Shown piece after piece: positions 46,305-54,576 of a DNA stretch of 64,000 bases; the stretch's first letter is position 1, and each line of letters begins with the position of its first letter. The stretch lies in the IMG/VR virus record IMGVR_UViG_3300025679_000005; one strand, 5' to 3'. Source of the stretch: a virus (taxonomy: Duplodnaviria; Caudoviricetes). Position numbers and translations under genes: made by a program. Under the pieces are notes generated by a model, which was not told the origin of the DNA, ran no database searches, and saw only the letters and a program-made list of their open reading frames with translations.

Positions 46305-46604
46305 ATGAGCGAAAAAACCGACACTATTACGCTGGGCCCGCAGATTGCAGCAGATGGCACGAGACTGGGCCTTCGCCAGCGGGAAAATAGCCTCGAAGAG
46401 GTGCACGTGGTGCCTCTAGTGAATGGGCGCCCTCTGGAAGCAGATAGCACGATCCTGGCCCTCTCGCATCGTCAAGGAGAGGTCTACGACGTGATCGACT
46501 CCTACAAGCCTGCCCGATCGGGGCCTGCTCAAGTGGCGACGAAGGCGTACCGCACTGGCTATGATCGCATCTTCGGAGGAAGTGCCGCAGTCGGTCAAGC
46601 CTAA
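46305..46604 (+). CDS. Hypothetical protein
   Basis: GGAGG RBS upstream of ATG 46305. Confidence 0.6.
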   Translation: MSEKTDTITLGPQIAADGTRLGLRQRENSLEEVHVVPLVNGRPLEADSTILALSHRQGEVYDVIDSYKPARSGPAQVATKAYRTGYDRIFGGSAAVGQA

Positions 46605-46622
46605 TCGGTGTAGTACGGGTGC

Positions 46623-47855
46623 ATGTCCATAGACTGGAAGAAGCTCCGGAAGAAAATTCTCACCTTTTCTACCGAAATACTCCCCAAAATACCTCAGCGG
46701 GGAGACAGCGCTCTAACTGTCTTCATCAAGTTCATGTCGATTGCGGATTCGCTAGACAAGAATTTGGCCAAAGATTCGGCGCTCTCCTCCTTCTTTTCGC
46801 AGGTGACTGCGGAAAACAAGGAGAATGCTCAGTTCGTCGACCTCTTCTATTCGACGGCCCTGAGGAACACCTTCAAAATCAAAAAGCTGTCGATTTCCGA
46901 GTACTGCGACATCGTGATCGCAGAAGACAGCGAAATAGGCACCCTCTACTTCATCGAGTATCGCTGGAGTGGAAAACCGGAGCCCAGCTCGGACTTCTGG
47001 TACAGCCCCGACTTCAAGTTTGAGAAGGCCCTGGAGCGTATGTGGGCCATCTACCAGGGTGGCATCGACATCACCTTGAGGATTGAACGGGAGCGCATAA
47101 AGACCGCCTATGAGGGTTTGGAGTTCACCACCGACCCTTTGCTGGGGGATGCCCAAAAACGCTTTGACAAGGCGCTGGCGCTTCATAAGAGCTACGTAGA
47201 CCGGGGGTTCCCACGGACCTATCTGTACATTGGCAAACAGGGAGGCGGCAAGTCCACTTTTGCTACCCGGCTGTCCCAAGCCTGTGGCAACCGAACGTTG
47301 CGTATTGACACCAAAGGGATGACGGTGGCGGGGGCTACAGACATCGGTTTCATCATCAGTGGAATGCGACCGACTTTCCTGATCCTGGATGACATCGACC
47401 GCGTCTCCGATACCTCGACGATTCCGATGCTGCTAGCGGTCATGGCTAAGCTCAAGGACAAGCACCGCTCGGTGACCTGCGTGCTCACTGCCAACAGCCT
47501 GGAGCCTTTTGATCCGGCGTTCCTTCGCCCGGGGCGTGTCGACAAGATCATCGAGTTTGAGGACCCAGGTCCTGACGAGCGCGAAAAGATACTCCGAGGC
47601 TATCTCAACGAATTCGGGGCCCAGCCAGGAGTGGATCTCAAGAAGCTCGCTAAGGCCACGAAGGGACTTACCCCAGCCTACCTCAGGGAGCTAGCCGTCC
47701 AGCTTCAATGCGAATCCGTGGCTGAGGTCTTGGCCACCATCAAACAGATGCACAGGCTATCCAAGAAAAACGAGGTTCCGCCGCCTCCAGGAGGCCCAGA
47801 ACCGGCCGCCCCTCCAGGGACACCTCCCGGGAATCTCACAAAAGCTGCGTCATGA
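46623..47855 (+). CDS. AAA+ ATPase
   Basis: Walker A GKQGGGKST, Walker B LILDDID, second region of homology TAN...DPAFLRPGRVD. Confidence 0.88.
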   Translation: MSIDWKKLRKKILTFSTEILPKIPQRGDSALTVFIKFMSIADSLDKNLAKDSALSSFFSQVTAENKENAQFVDLFYSTALRNTFKIKKLSISEYCDIVIAEDSEIGTLYFIEYRWSGKPEPSSDFWYSPDFKFEKALERMWAIYQGGIDITLRIERERIKTAYEGLEFTTDPLLGDAQKRFDKALALHKSYVDRGFPRTYLYIGKQGGGKSTFATRLSQACGNRTLRIDTKGMTVAGATDIGFIISGMRPTFLILDDIDRVSDTSTIPMLLAVMAKLKDKHRSVTCVLTANSLEPFDPAFLRPGRVDKIIEFEDPGPDEREKILRGYLNEFGAQPGVDLKKLAKATKGLTPAYLRELAVQLQCESVAEVLATIKQMHRLSKKNEVPPPPGGPEPAAPPGTPPGNLTKAAS

Positions 47856-48279
47856 GGCGCTCCCAGACCGTGGGCCGGTAGGGTTCTGGCTCCGGTACTG
47901 GGGATGCTAGAGAGGGAAGTCCTACGATCGGAGGGGCTGGCATTGGGCCGAACCAAGAAGCTGGTGGCATCCAATTGGCCAAAGGCCGTGGGAGGGCCAA
48001 TTGAAGGTATCTACGCACATTCGGCCAAGTGGCGTAGGGTGCCAAGTTATCGTCTTGTCTGACAAGGGCTTCGACAACGTGGAACAGCATCTCCTGCTGT
48101 TCTCTAGTGGTTGCGTAGTGGTCCACAAGGGGAACTGATCTGCCGGGAGTTCGGCAAGCGGCCCGGATGATGCCTATTGCAAAAGCTGTTGTTCGACCCC
48201 CTCTACGGTTTTCGTCCCCCGTATCCAGAAGCCAGTCAAGTACGGGAATTGCTTCTATTTGACGCAGGTTCAACGGCAT
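47836..48279 (-). CDS. Hypothetical protein
   Basis: GGTGTA 9 nt upstream; C-terminal TVWERL motif. Confidence 0.55.
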   Translation of the reverse strand: MPLNLRQIEAIPVLDWLLDTGDENRRGGRTTAFAIGIIRAACRTPGRSVPLVDHYATTREQQEMLFHVVEALVRQDDNLAPYATWPNVRRYLQLALPRPLANWMPPASWFGPMPAPPIVGLPSLASPVPEPEPYRPTVWERLMTQLL

Positions 48280-48288
48280 CCTCGTTCA

Positions 48289-48305
48289 TACACCTCTCTG
48301 GTGTA
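48289..48305. promoter_or_regulatory. Divergent pair of GGTGTA elements
   Basis: TACACC at 48289-48294 and GGTGTA at 48300-48305, each 9-10 nt from an ATG. Confidence 0.6.
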
Positions 48306-48315
48306 GATCCAAGGC

Positions 48316-48636
48316 ATGAGCACACTCTGGGAACGCCTTCACGAGATTCAAGCGCAAGGTCCGGACGCCGAGGATACAGATGAGGCCGAAGATCTTCGAT
48401 TTCTCCGCGAACAGGAACGTCGTGGAGAAATCCCGTACCCCATGTGTTGCATAGACGCTGCTGGTTCCCCAGTAGTCTACCCTTCTCTAAAGGGTAACCT
48501 CAATGGCCCACCCATTTGGATGGCTACGCACCATGACCACGGATATCCTCGATCGGTGCAAGTCTTGCGTCGAGTCGCCAAGCCGTTGGGCCTGGAAGTC
48601 TTTCAGTCGGGCCCGCTAGAAAGAGAGTCTTGGTGA
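48316..48636 (+). CDS. Hypothetical protein
   Basis: GGTGTA 10 nt upstream. Confidence 0.5.
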   Translation: MSTLWERLHEIQAQGPDAEDTDEAEDLRFLREQERRGEIPYPMCCIDAAGSPVVYPSLKGNLNGPPIWMATHHDHGYPRSVQVLRRVAKPLGLEVFQSGPLERESW

Positions 48637-48723
48637 CGCTAGTAGGAAAAGGACTTTGAGCGTAGATGACTTTCATACCTGGGAATTACACCGCGGCACG
48701 CCAGATGGTGTACTATCTGGCGG

Positions 48724-49212
48724 ATGATCCATCTCAAAATAACCGGCCGCGGAGCTTTGATGGGTGAGTTCCAGGATCGCCACGGAAGAGAGTGTAGTAT
48801 TCAAGAAGCGTCATCGCCCTCAGAGCCGGCGATTTGGCTTGGGGTTGACTCGGACGAACCAGGCAAGAGCTATCGCATGTTGCTCACTCAGGAATTAGCT
48901 CAAGACCTGCTCCCAGTTCTACGTTATTTCGCTAGGACCGGCTTCCTTGGCCAGGACACTTTGGAAGAAACCTTTGCGGTAGGGACCTGGGTCATTGGTG
49001 TTGGCGAAGGTAACCGCGGTATCGAGGGCAGAGTCATCGAGATCGTGACCGGTGTGTCGATGGCAGTGCAGGACAATGCCAAGCAAGGCCCCGAAGGTGT
49101 GGTGTCCTGCGCTTGGAGTAGAGCCGAGCTGATTTGGGAAGTGATTCCTCCCCTACCCTACGCAGAGATCCCCAATCGCTATGATCGTCTTATGATCGAG
49201 GATAACCTGTGA
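48724..49212 (+). CDS. Hypothetical protein
   Basis: GGTGTA 11 nt upstream; C-terminal RYDRL motif. Confidence 0.6.
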   Translation: MIHLKITGRGALMGEFQDRHGRECSIQEASSPSEPAIWLGVDSDEPGKSYRMLLTQELAQDLLPVLRYFARTGFLGQDTLEETFAVGTWVIGVGEGNRGIEGRVIEIVTGVSMAVQDNAKQGPEGVVSCAWSRAELIWEVIPPLPYAEIPNRYDRLMIEDNL

Positions 49213-49553
49213 ACGAACCTACCCCCATCCCCATGCTCATTTGGTGCCCACTGTGCCACCACCGTCATATCGACGAAGGCGAATTCAAGACCAAAATTCA
49301 TCATACCCACAGTTGTCAAAAGTGTGGGTTGACCTTCAGGCTAGCGATCGTCCCCACCGTGGGCGTTTTGTTTCTGCCAGGTTTCAAGACTGAGACCAAG
49401 GCCGAACGCAAGGAAGCATTCCTGAAGATGGCCAGAGAAGCGGGGGAACTCCTTAATGACCCAGACTGCCCTTCGCTGCTGGCAGGGCATCCAGACGAAG
49501 GGCGTGCGGGCCTCGAAGAGCTGAGTGATGACGACATCCACGGGGTAAATTAG
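49209..49553 (+). CDS. Hypothetical zinc-ribbon protein
   Basis: CPLC...HTHSCQKC. Confidence 0.55.
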   Translation: MNEPTPIPMLIWCPLCHHRHIDEGEFKTKIHHTHSCQKCGLTFRLAIVPTVGVLFLPGFKTETKAERKEAFLKMAREAGELLNDPDCPSLLAGHPDEGRAGLEELSDDDIHGVN

Positions 49554-49558
49554 CGAAC

Positions 49559-50023
49559 ATGCCATCTTCCCTGGTCTTAGTACAGCTGAAGAACCGTCTC
49601 ACGCCAGACCTGGTTGACGAGCTATTGGAACAGATTGTCCGTCAATTCTGGGGCACAGCCGTCAAAGTAACCTGGCACAATCTTTCTAGTTGGCTGGTGT
49701 CCGTCCCTGATTCGAAGCGATTGGGGGTCGAAGCAACAAATCGTCGTCTAGACTCCGGCGAAGACTACGGTTTCGAGATCTCTTATCAGGGTCGTGTGAT
49801 CCGCTTCTCAGAGCCTGAAAACGCTTGGGGAAGCTGGGCCATGCGGAAGGTCCGCCAAGAGGTTGTAAAGACCTTGAACGCGATCATGACCGAAGTCAGC
49901 CCTGAAGAGTACGTCCTCGATTTCAAGAGCACCTTCAAAGAGTTCGTTGTCGCCACTGTGGGCAAAGAGAACGACTGGACTGAGCACATGCTCTGGACGG
50001 CACCCGAAGCTTTCAAGGACTGA
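49559..50023 (+). CDS. Hypothetical protein
   Basis: 154-aa ORF. Confidence 0.55.
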   Translation: MPSSLVLVQLKNRLTPDLVDELLEQIVRQFWGTAVKVTWHNLSSWLVSVPDSKRLGVEATNRRLDSGEDYGFEISYQGRVIRFSEPENAWGSWAMRKVRQEVVKTLNAIMTEVSPEEYVLDFKSTFKEFVVATVGKENDWTEHMLWTAPEAFKD

Positions 50024-50927
50024 GCACAGCTTCACAGAGCATGCGGAATATATCTTCGCCAAATTCATTCAAAGCGAAATTTACGGCAGCACAGACCAGG
50101 CGTACGTTGGCAGGCTCGTAGCCAAGATTAGAGTCAATTCTGTCCAATGAGGGCCTGAGGGGGTTCACTTGTCCGAACCCTGTTTGAAAATCGAAGCTGT
50201 TGCCAGACAGGGTGCAGGTGGTGCGCTTGAGCAACAACTCGTGGATGAATTCCTTCGTCAGTAGAAATGGGACGGCTCGGGCTTTAGCATGAATTCTAGC
50301 GCTTCGGTGCAGACAGTTGACAGTCCCTGTGAAAGTGCTGTGATAGTTCACATTCTGCTGTTGTTTCGGAGTCAAGTCGCCTCTTAGGGTACCGTGCCAT
50401 TTTGGTCTAGCAGACGTACGCCCTAAGACATTCTCGGCCAGTCCTCGAAAGAAAACTTCTCCAAAGTCATGCAAGCAACAGTTCATTCCAAAGCAAATTA
50501 TGCGTACGTTGCCTAAGTCGTAGCCTTGCTTACAATCGATGCGATCAATGGAGGGTGCTGCATAGTGTGTTTTAGCTTTCTCCTGTGGTAATCTTAAAGG
50601 TATACCCGTAAGGGCACAGAGTCCTTTTTGGGACTCCCACATCCCCCAGACATCTGCTGTAGACAAGGTGTGCGAGATGCCCCCATTTGCTGCTCTATTC
50701 TTTGCAGCGGCGCACATTTTTACGCATCTACCAAAAGGTGTCCGGTCATAGGCATCGTTACTAGCCCGCACATGTTCCTTGTTCTCTCGCTTCCACTCCC
50801 GATGCATTTCCAATATGTACGACTTATTCAGGGCTCTGTAATTCTTGTCATAAGCTGTACGACAGGGAAGACACATCCTCCCTCCAGGTGCCGGGGCGGC
50901 CAATTTACAAGTGCTGCATGGCGTCAT
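50013..50927 (-). CDS. Putative HNH-type homing endonuclease with two tandem nuclease-like domains
   Basis: SIDRID...GY..GNVRIIC...N and SLDRID...GY..ANVRLVC...N; AT-richer than flanks. Confidence 0.7.
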   Translation of the reverse strand: MTPCSTCKLAAPAPGGRMCLPCRTAYDKNYRALNKSYILEMHREWKRENKEHVRASNDAYDRTPFGRCVKMCAAAKNRAANGGISHTLSTADVWGMWESQKGLCALTGIPLRLPQEKAKTHYAAPSIDRIDCKQGYDLGNVRIICFGMNCCLHDFGEVFFRGLAENVLGRTSARPKWHGTLRGDLTPKQQQNVNYHSTFTGTVNCLHRSARIHAKARAVPFLLTKEFIHELLLKRTTCTLSGNSFDFQTGFGQVNPLRPSLDRIDSNLGYEPANVRLVCAAVNFALNEFGEDIFRMLCEAVLSP

Positions 50928-50990
50928 ATCTGGTGTGTTTGATTAACATTCTAGCGATCCGTGTTTGGTGTATAGGAGAGTAGTGGATCG

Positions 50991-51569
50991 ATGCATCTTC
51001 GTTGGAATCGACGACAACTCCTGTCTAACCGCCAAACGGGGGAATCTCTGTGCACCCACCACGAAGTGGCGAGACCTTGGACATTAGCGCCTGCACTGAT
51101 TCATCAAAATCGCTCGATTTGGTACTTGGGCCCATCCATTCGTGAGTGCTGCCTCGAAGACGAGTCCGAGCTGGCCATAGCCGCTTGGTGGTGGGAGGTT
51201 CGCAACCGATTCGAAGACTTGAGCAAGATCGGTCTAGCCGACCATGAGGTCACCCGGGCTCTGCTTCAACAGTTAGACCTCATTGAGGAGCTGTTGGAAG
51301 AACGGGTGCCTAAGCCTACGAAGGGGGCTTGGAAGCGCTATGAGGCACACCGCCAGATGTCAGGCACTAAAGGTCGTCGTCAGAAGCTCCGTGTTGCCCC
51401 TGAGATAGCCCTCCTTGGTCTGACCTGGCCTTGTACCCCCCAGGACATCAAGAGCCGCTGGAGGGCAATTGCGTTGGAGCACCACCCCGATCGAGGGGGG
51501 AACGTCCAGACCTTCATTGAACTGAAGGCAGCTTACGACAAAGTCGCTGCTATGGTAATACAGCCATGA
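50991..51569 (+). CDS. Protein with a C-terminal J-domain (DnaJ-like)
   Basis: DIKSRWRAIALEHHPDRGG...F.ELKAAYD. Confidence 0.8.
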   Translation: MHLRWNRRQLLSNRQTGESLCTHHEVARPWTLAPALIHQNRSIWYLGPSIRECCLEDESELAIAAWWWEVRNRFEDLSKIGLADHEVTRALLQQLDLIEELLEERVPKPTKGAWKRYEAHRQMSGTKGRRQKLRVAPEIALLGLTWPCTPQDIKSRWRAIALEHHPDRGGNVQTFIELKAAYDKVAAMVIQP

Positions 51570-51793
51570 TCGTCCTCAAAGACCTCGACCAAAAGCTCCA
51601 GGATGTTCTGAAAGAGCTGACTACTCACCCAAAAGTGATCACAATCGGTGTAGGGGCTAAGACAGTCATTGTGTACGTTTCGGGGAAACAGACCCAAAAG
51701 ACTGTTGAAGGTCGAATCCCCGAAGAGTATCGTCCGCAAGTCCAGGTGGTTTTGACCGGCCGCCCTAAACCGTTGAATAAGCGAGCAAAATGA
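51566..51793 (+). CDS. Small hypothetical protein
   Basis: ATGA-coupled. Confidence 0.5.
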   Translation: MIVLKDLDQKLQDVLKELTTHPKVITIGVGAKTVIVYVSGKQTQKTVEGRIPEEYRPQVQVVLTGRPKPLNKRAK

Positions 51794-52377
51794 GCCAACT
51801 ACGGAAAATACAGCGTAACGCCGAAAAAGAAGAGGACTCTCTGATCCCCGACAACCATCACAAGCTACCTGTCGGCAAGATCCTGACAGAGCCGGTCAAG
51901 GGTGAGTTCATGGCTTTGCCATTGATCGCTTGGGTCAGCCTCCGCCAAAAGACTAAGGTGCCGCTGGTGATGATACGGGCGCTGCTCTTCAAGTCGGTAG
52001 AAGAGCCCGCACCTGTCGGTATGATTCAGATCGAGTTACCTGTCTTGGAGGACACCGAGCTGGGGGTCCTCAACGCCCTGGAAAGATTCGGCTGGGACGG
52101 CCGCATTTGGCCTCTAGAGCCCGGATGGCCAGACGGAGATGACAACGAAGTCACCAACCTGTCGCAAATCCTCAAGCAGGCAGCCCTCAAGAACACTCTG
52201 ATCTTCCCGCCAGGAGACTCAGGTGTAGCGGCTCAGCCCGTTACTGTTGAGCGAGCAAAGGGACCCTTCCTCATGGCTCCTTTGCCTACGCCTGAGAAAG
52301 AACCTGATGCCTTCAGGCTGGCAGCTCTCAGGGAACTGTGCAGAAATCCCCAGAAGATTCTGTCGGAGCGAGAGTAA
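51790..52377 (+). CDS. Hypothetical protein
   Basis: ATGA-coupled. Confidence 0.55.
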   Translation: MSQLRKIQRNAEKEEDSLIPDNHHKLPVGKILTEPVKGEFMALPLIAWVSLRQKTKVPLVMIRALLFKSVEEPAPVGMIQIELPVLEDTELGVLNALERFGWDGRIWPLEPGWPDGDDNEVTNLSQILKQAALKNTLIFPPGDSGVAAQPVTVERAKGPFLMAPLPTPEKEPDAFRLAALRELCRNPQKILSERE

Positions 52378-52378
52378 A

Positions 52379-53221
52379 ATGCAACTCCTCGAAGCCTTAA
52401 CGTCTTCTGTGGAGGATGTGAAAAAGCTTGTCTTCAAGGACACGTCAGTGCATGAAGTCACCTACCTTCGGAAGGGTGATGGGAAGGACATCTTGGTAGT
52501 CCCCACTCAGACGAGCTGCAACATGGGGTGCACTTTCTGTCATTTGACTGGCCTGGGCATTTCAGCTACCAATCTGGCTAGCACCAAGATCCTAGAACTC
52601 ATTCAGGAATCCTTGAAATTCCAGCCCCCATCAAACAAGACGCTACTAGTTTCATTTATGGGAGCAGGGGAACCGCTCTTGAACGTGGACCAAGTAATTG
52701 GGACGGCTCTGGCCTTGAAAACCTGGCCGGGATACGAGACGGTACGGTTCGCCGTAGCCACAATCCTCCCCAGTCGGAAACGATTCGACCAGTTCAAGCA
52801 GGCCGTGACGTTCCATAGCCTGCCCTTCAAGTTACATCTTTCACTACACTCCCTCGACGCCCAATCTCGCCGTAGTTTGATGCCCTCGGCCTCTCCTATT
52901 GCTGAATCCTGGGGGATGCTGGCAGAGTATGCGGAGGAGACGGGTCAGCCAACGGAAGTCCACTACACCCTGATTCATGGTGTGAACGACCGTGAAGAAG
53001 ACCTCATCAAGTTCGGAGCACTCCCAGGAAGAGCCGCCACGATCAAATTGCTGCGATTCGCTGAGAAAAAGCAAGAACCGACAATGCAAGGGTCCCAACG
53101 AACCCCCTGGTTCAAAACCGGCCTTGAATCCCTAGGGTTCAAAGTAGAGGTCTACTCCCCACCGGGCCGAGACATCGGCTCTAGCTGTGGACAATTCATC
53201 GTTGATCAATACGTCAGTTGA
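52379..53221 (+). CDS. RlmN/Cfr-like radical SAM protein
   Basis: TQTSCNMGCTFC, FMGAGEP, SLHS, DIGSSCGQ. Confidence 0.8.
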   Translation: MQLLEALTSSVEDVKKLVFKDTSVHEVTYLRKGDGKDILVVPTQTSCNMGCTFCHLTGLGISATNLASTKILELIQESLKFQPPSNKTLLVSFMGAGEPLLNVDQVIGTALALKTWPGYETVRFAVATILPSRKRFDQFKQAVTFHSLPFKLHLSLHSLDAQSRRSLMPSASPIAESWGMLAEYAEETGQPTEVHYTLIHGVNDREEDLIKFGALPGRAATIKLLRFAEKKQEPTMQGSQRTPWFKTGLESLGFKVEVYSPPGRDIGSSCGQFIVDQYVS

Positions 53222-53227
53222 GTGTAG

Positions 53228-53647
53228 ATGTCAGATCCGGCTAAAAGGTTACGTGTAGTCGCCCGCAAATGCTTCGAGCGCATGGGCATCTTAGAGCAAA
53301 AGCTCTATGTAGGTAACCCCAAAGTTATCGAGGAAAAACGGTACCTTATCCAGGATACTGTTGAACGTGGGCACTACACGGCAGGATACCTACAGGCCCT
53401 CAAAGACATTCGTAGCCTCGTATCCGAGGGGACGTTTCCGGACAATGGGATTGAGGGGGTTGGCCGCTTGCTTAATCCTTTATCGAACAGCACCGAAGTG
53501 GGCCCTGTATTGATGTGTCTCTCATGTAGTGTCAAAGCTGCTGCTGCAACTAGCAGCAATACAGTACCTCTCTGCCCCGACTGCCTCAATCTTCTCGATA
53601 ACCCCCGTGGCGTGACGTATTCGCAGCCTGATACCGATATGGCATGA
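53228..53647 (+). CDS. Hypothetical protein
   Basis: C-terminal CxxC...CxxC. Confidence 0.5.
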   Translation: MSDPAKRLRVVARKCFERMGILEQKLYVGNPKVIEEKRYLIQDTVERGHYTAGYLQALKDIRSLVSEGTFPDNGIEGVGRLLNPLSNSTEVGPVLMCLSCSVKAAAATSSNTVPLCPDCLNLLDNPRGVTYSQPDTDMA

Positions 53648-54240
53648 ACATGAAGCCTCATACCCTGGAGACTCAGATTCTGGATTACCTCAATGCGAGA
53701 CAGCTTGAGGAGGTACCAGAAGATGACCAGGTGCGTAAGGCTAAGAGTATCGAACGAGTTTTCACATTAGGGGTCGACTTTCTTCGGTCTGAGTTTCCGA
53801 ACCCTGCTATCAACCGCCTCATGGGGATTGTTTCGGATGTAGTGCAACAGCGGGTAGCTCCTGTTTGCTCAGGTCTGAAAGTACCTACGTTGTCCTTCAT
53901 CATAGCCGGTGTGAAAACCGCCCCTCAAGCGATGATCGCGACCCCCGCCGATTGGGTGGAGATGGTCAGGCAAGACCCGTTGACGCAACTGGGGTCCTTG
54001 GTATCTGTCGGAAGCCAAGCAGTGGACTACGCCAATGATCGGTTCCTGGGAGAGCGCTCAAGTGTTTTGCCCCGGGCCAGGGCCTATGAGGCGGAGTACT
54101 TGAATACGGTACGAGGCCTGACGCCTGCATGGGAGCCGATCATCGGCCAAGCCAACACCCTCACTGAGTTCCCCGATGGGATACTGTCCCCAAAGGCTCA
54201 CAAGGTTCTGTACTCGCTTCGTCCGCTCATTTCTGCATGA
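53644..54240 (+). CDS. Hypothetical protein
   Basis: ATGA-coupled. Confidence 0.55.
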   Translation: MNMKPHTLETQILDYLNARQLEEVPEDDQVRKAKSIERVFTLGVDFLRSEFPNPAINRLMGIVSDVVQQRVAPVCSGLKVPTLSFIIAGVKTAPQAMIATPADWVEMVRQDPLTQLGSLVSVGSQAVDYANDRFLGERSSVLPRARAYEAEYLNTVRGLTPAWEPIIGQANTLTEFPDGILSPKAHKVLYSLRPLISA

Positions 54241-54536
54241 TCTTCGACGACGACAAACTCTGGCCGTGGTGGGTCCTATACCGCCTCAATTCAACTGTAG
54301 CCCCTCAATCCCGATATGGGATCCTTAGGGAGATCCTACAGGCCAAAGAACCTGAGCCAGAGCCTTGTTCAGGTTCTGGACGATGCCACGGCTGTCTTTC
54401 ATGGTGTGCTTGGTGTGGATCCGTGAATGAAACATGCGACGTGGAGTGGCCTGACCGTTGCGATACGCACAAACGCTACCCTGCGAAGCCGGAACCTTTG
54501 AAGCCTGATCCGAATCAGCTTTCGTTCCCTTGGTAG
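54237..54536 (+). CDS. Cys-rich hypothetical protein
   Basis: ATGA-coupled; ends in NQLSFPW. Confidence 0.5.
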   Translation: MIFDDDKLWPWWVLYRLNSTVAPQSRYGILREILQAKEPEPEPCSGSGRCHGCLSWCAWCGSVNETCDVEWPDRCDTHKRYPAKPEPLKPDPNQLSFPW

Positions 54537-54576
54537 CCCGTCCCGAAAAAGGGTCCCGAAAAAGTTAGCCGTCGGG

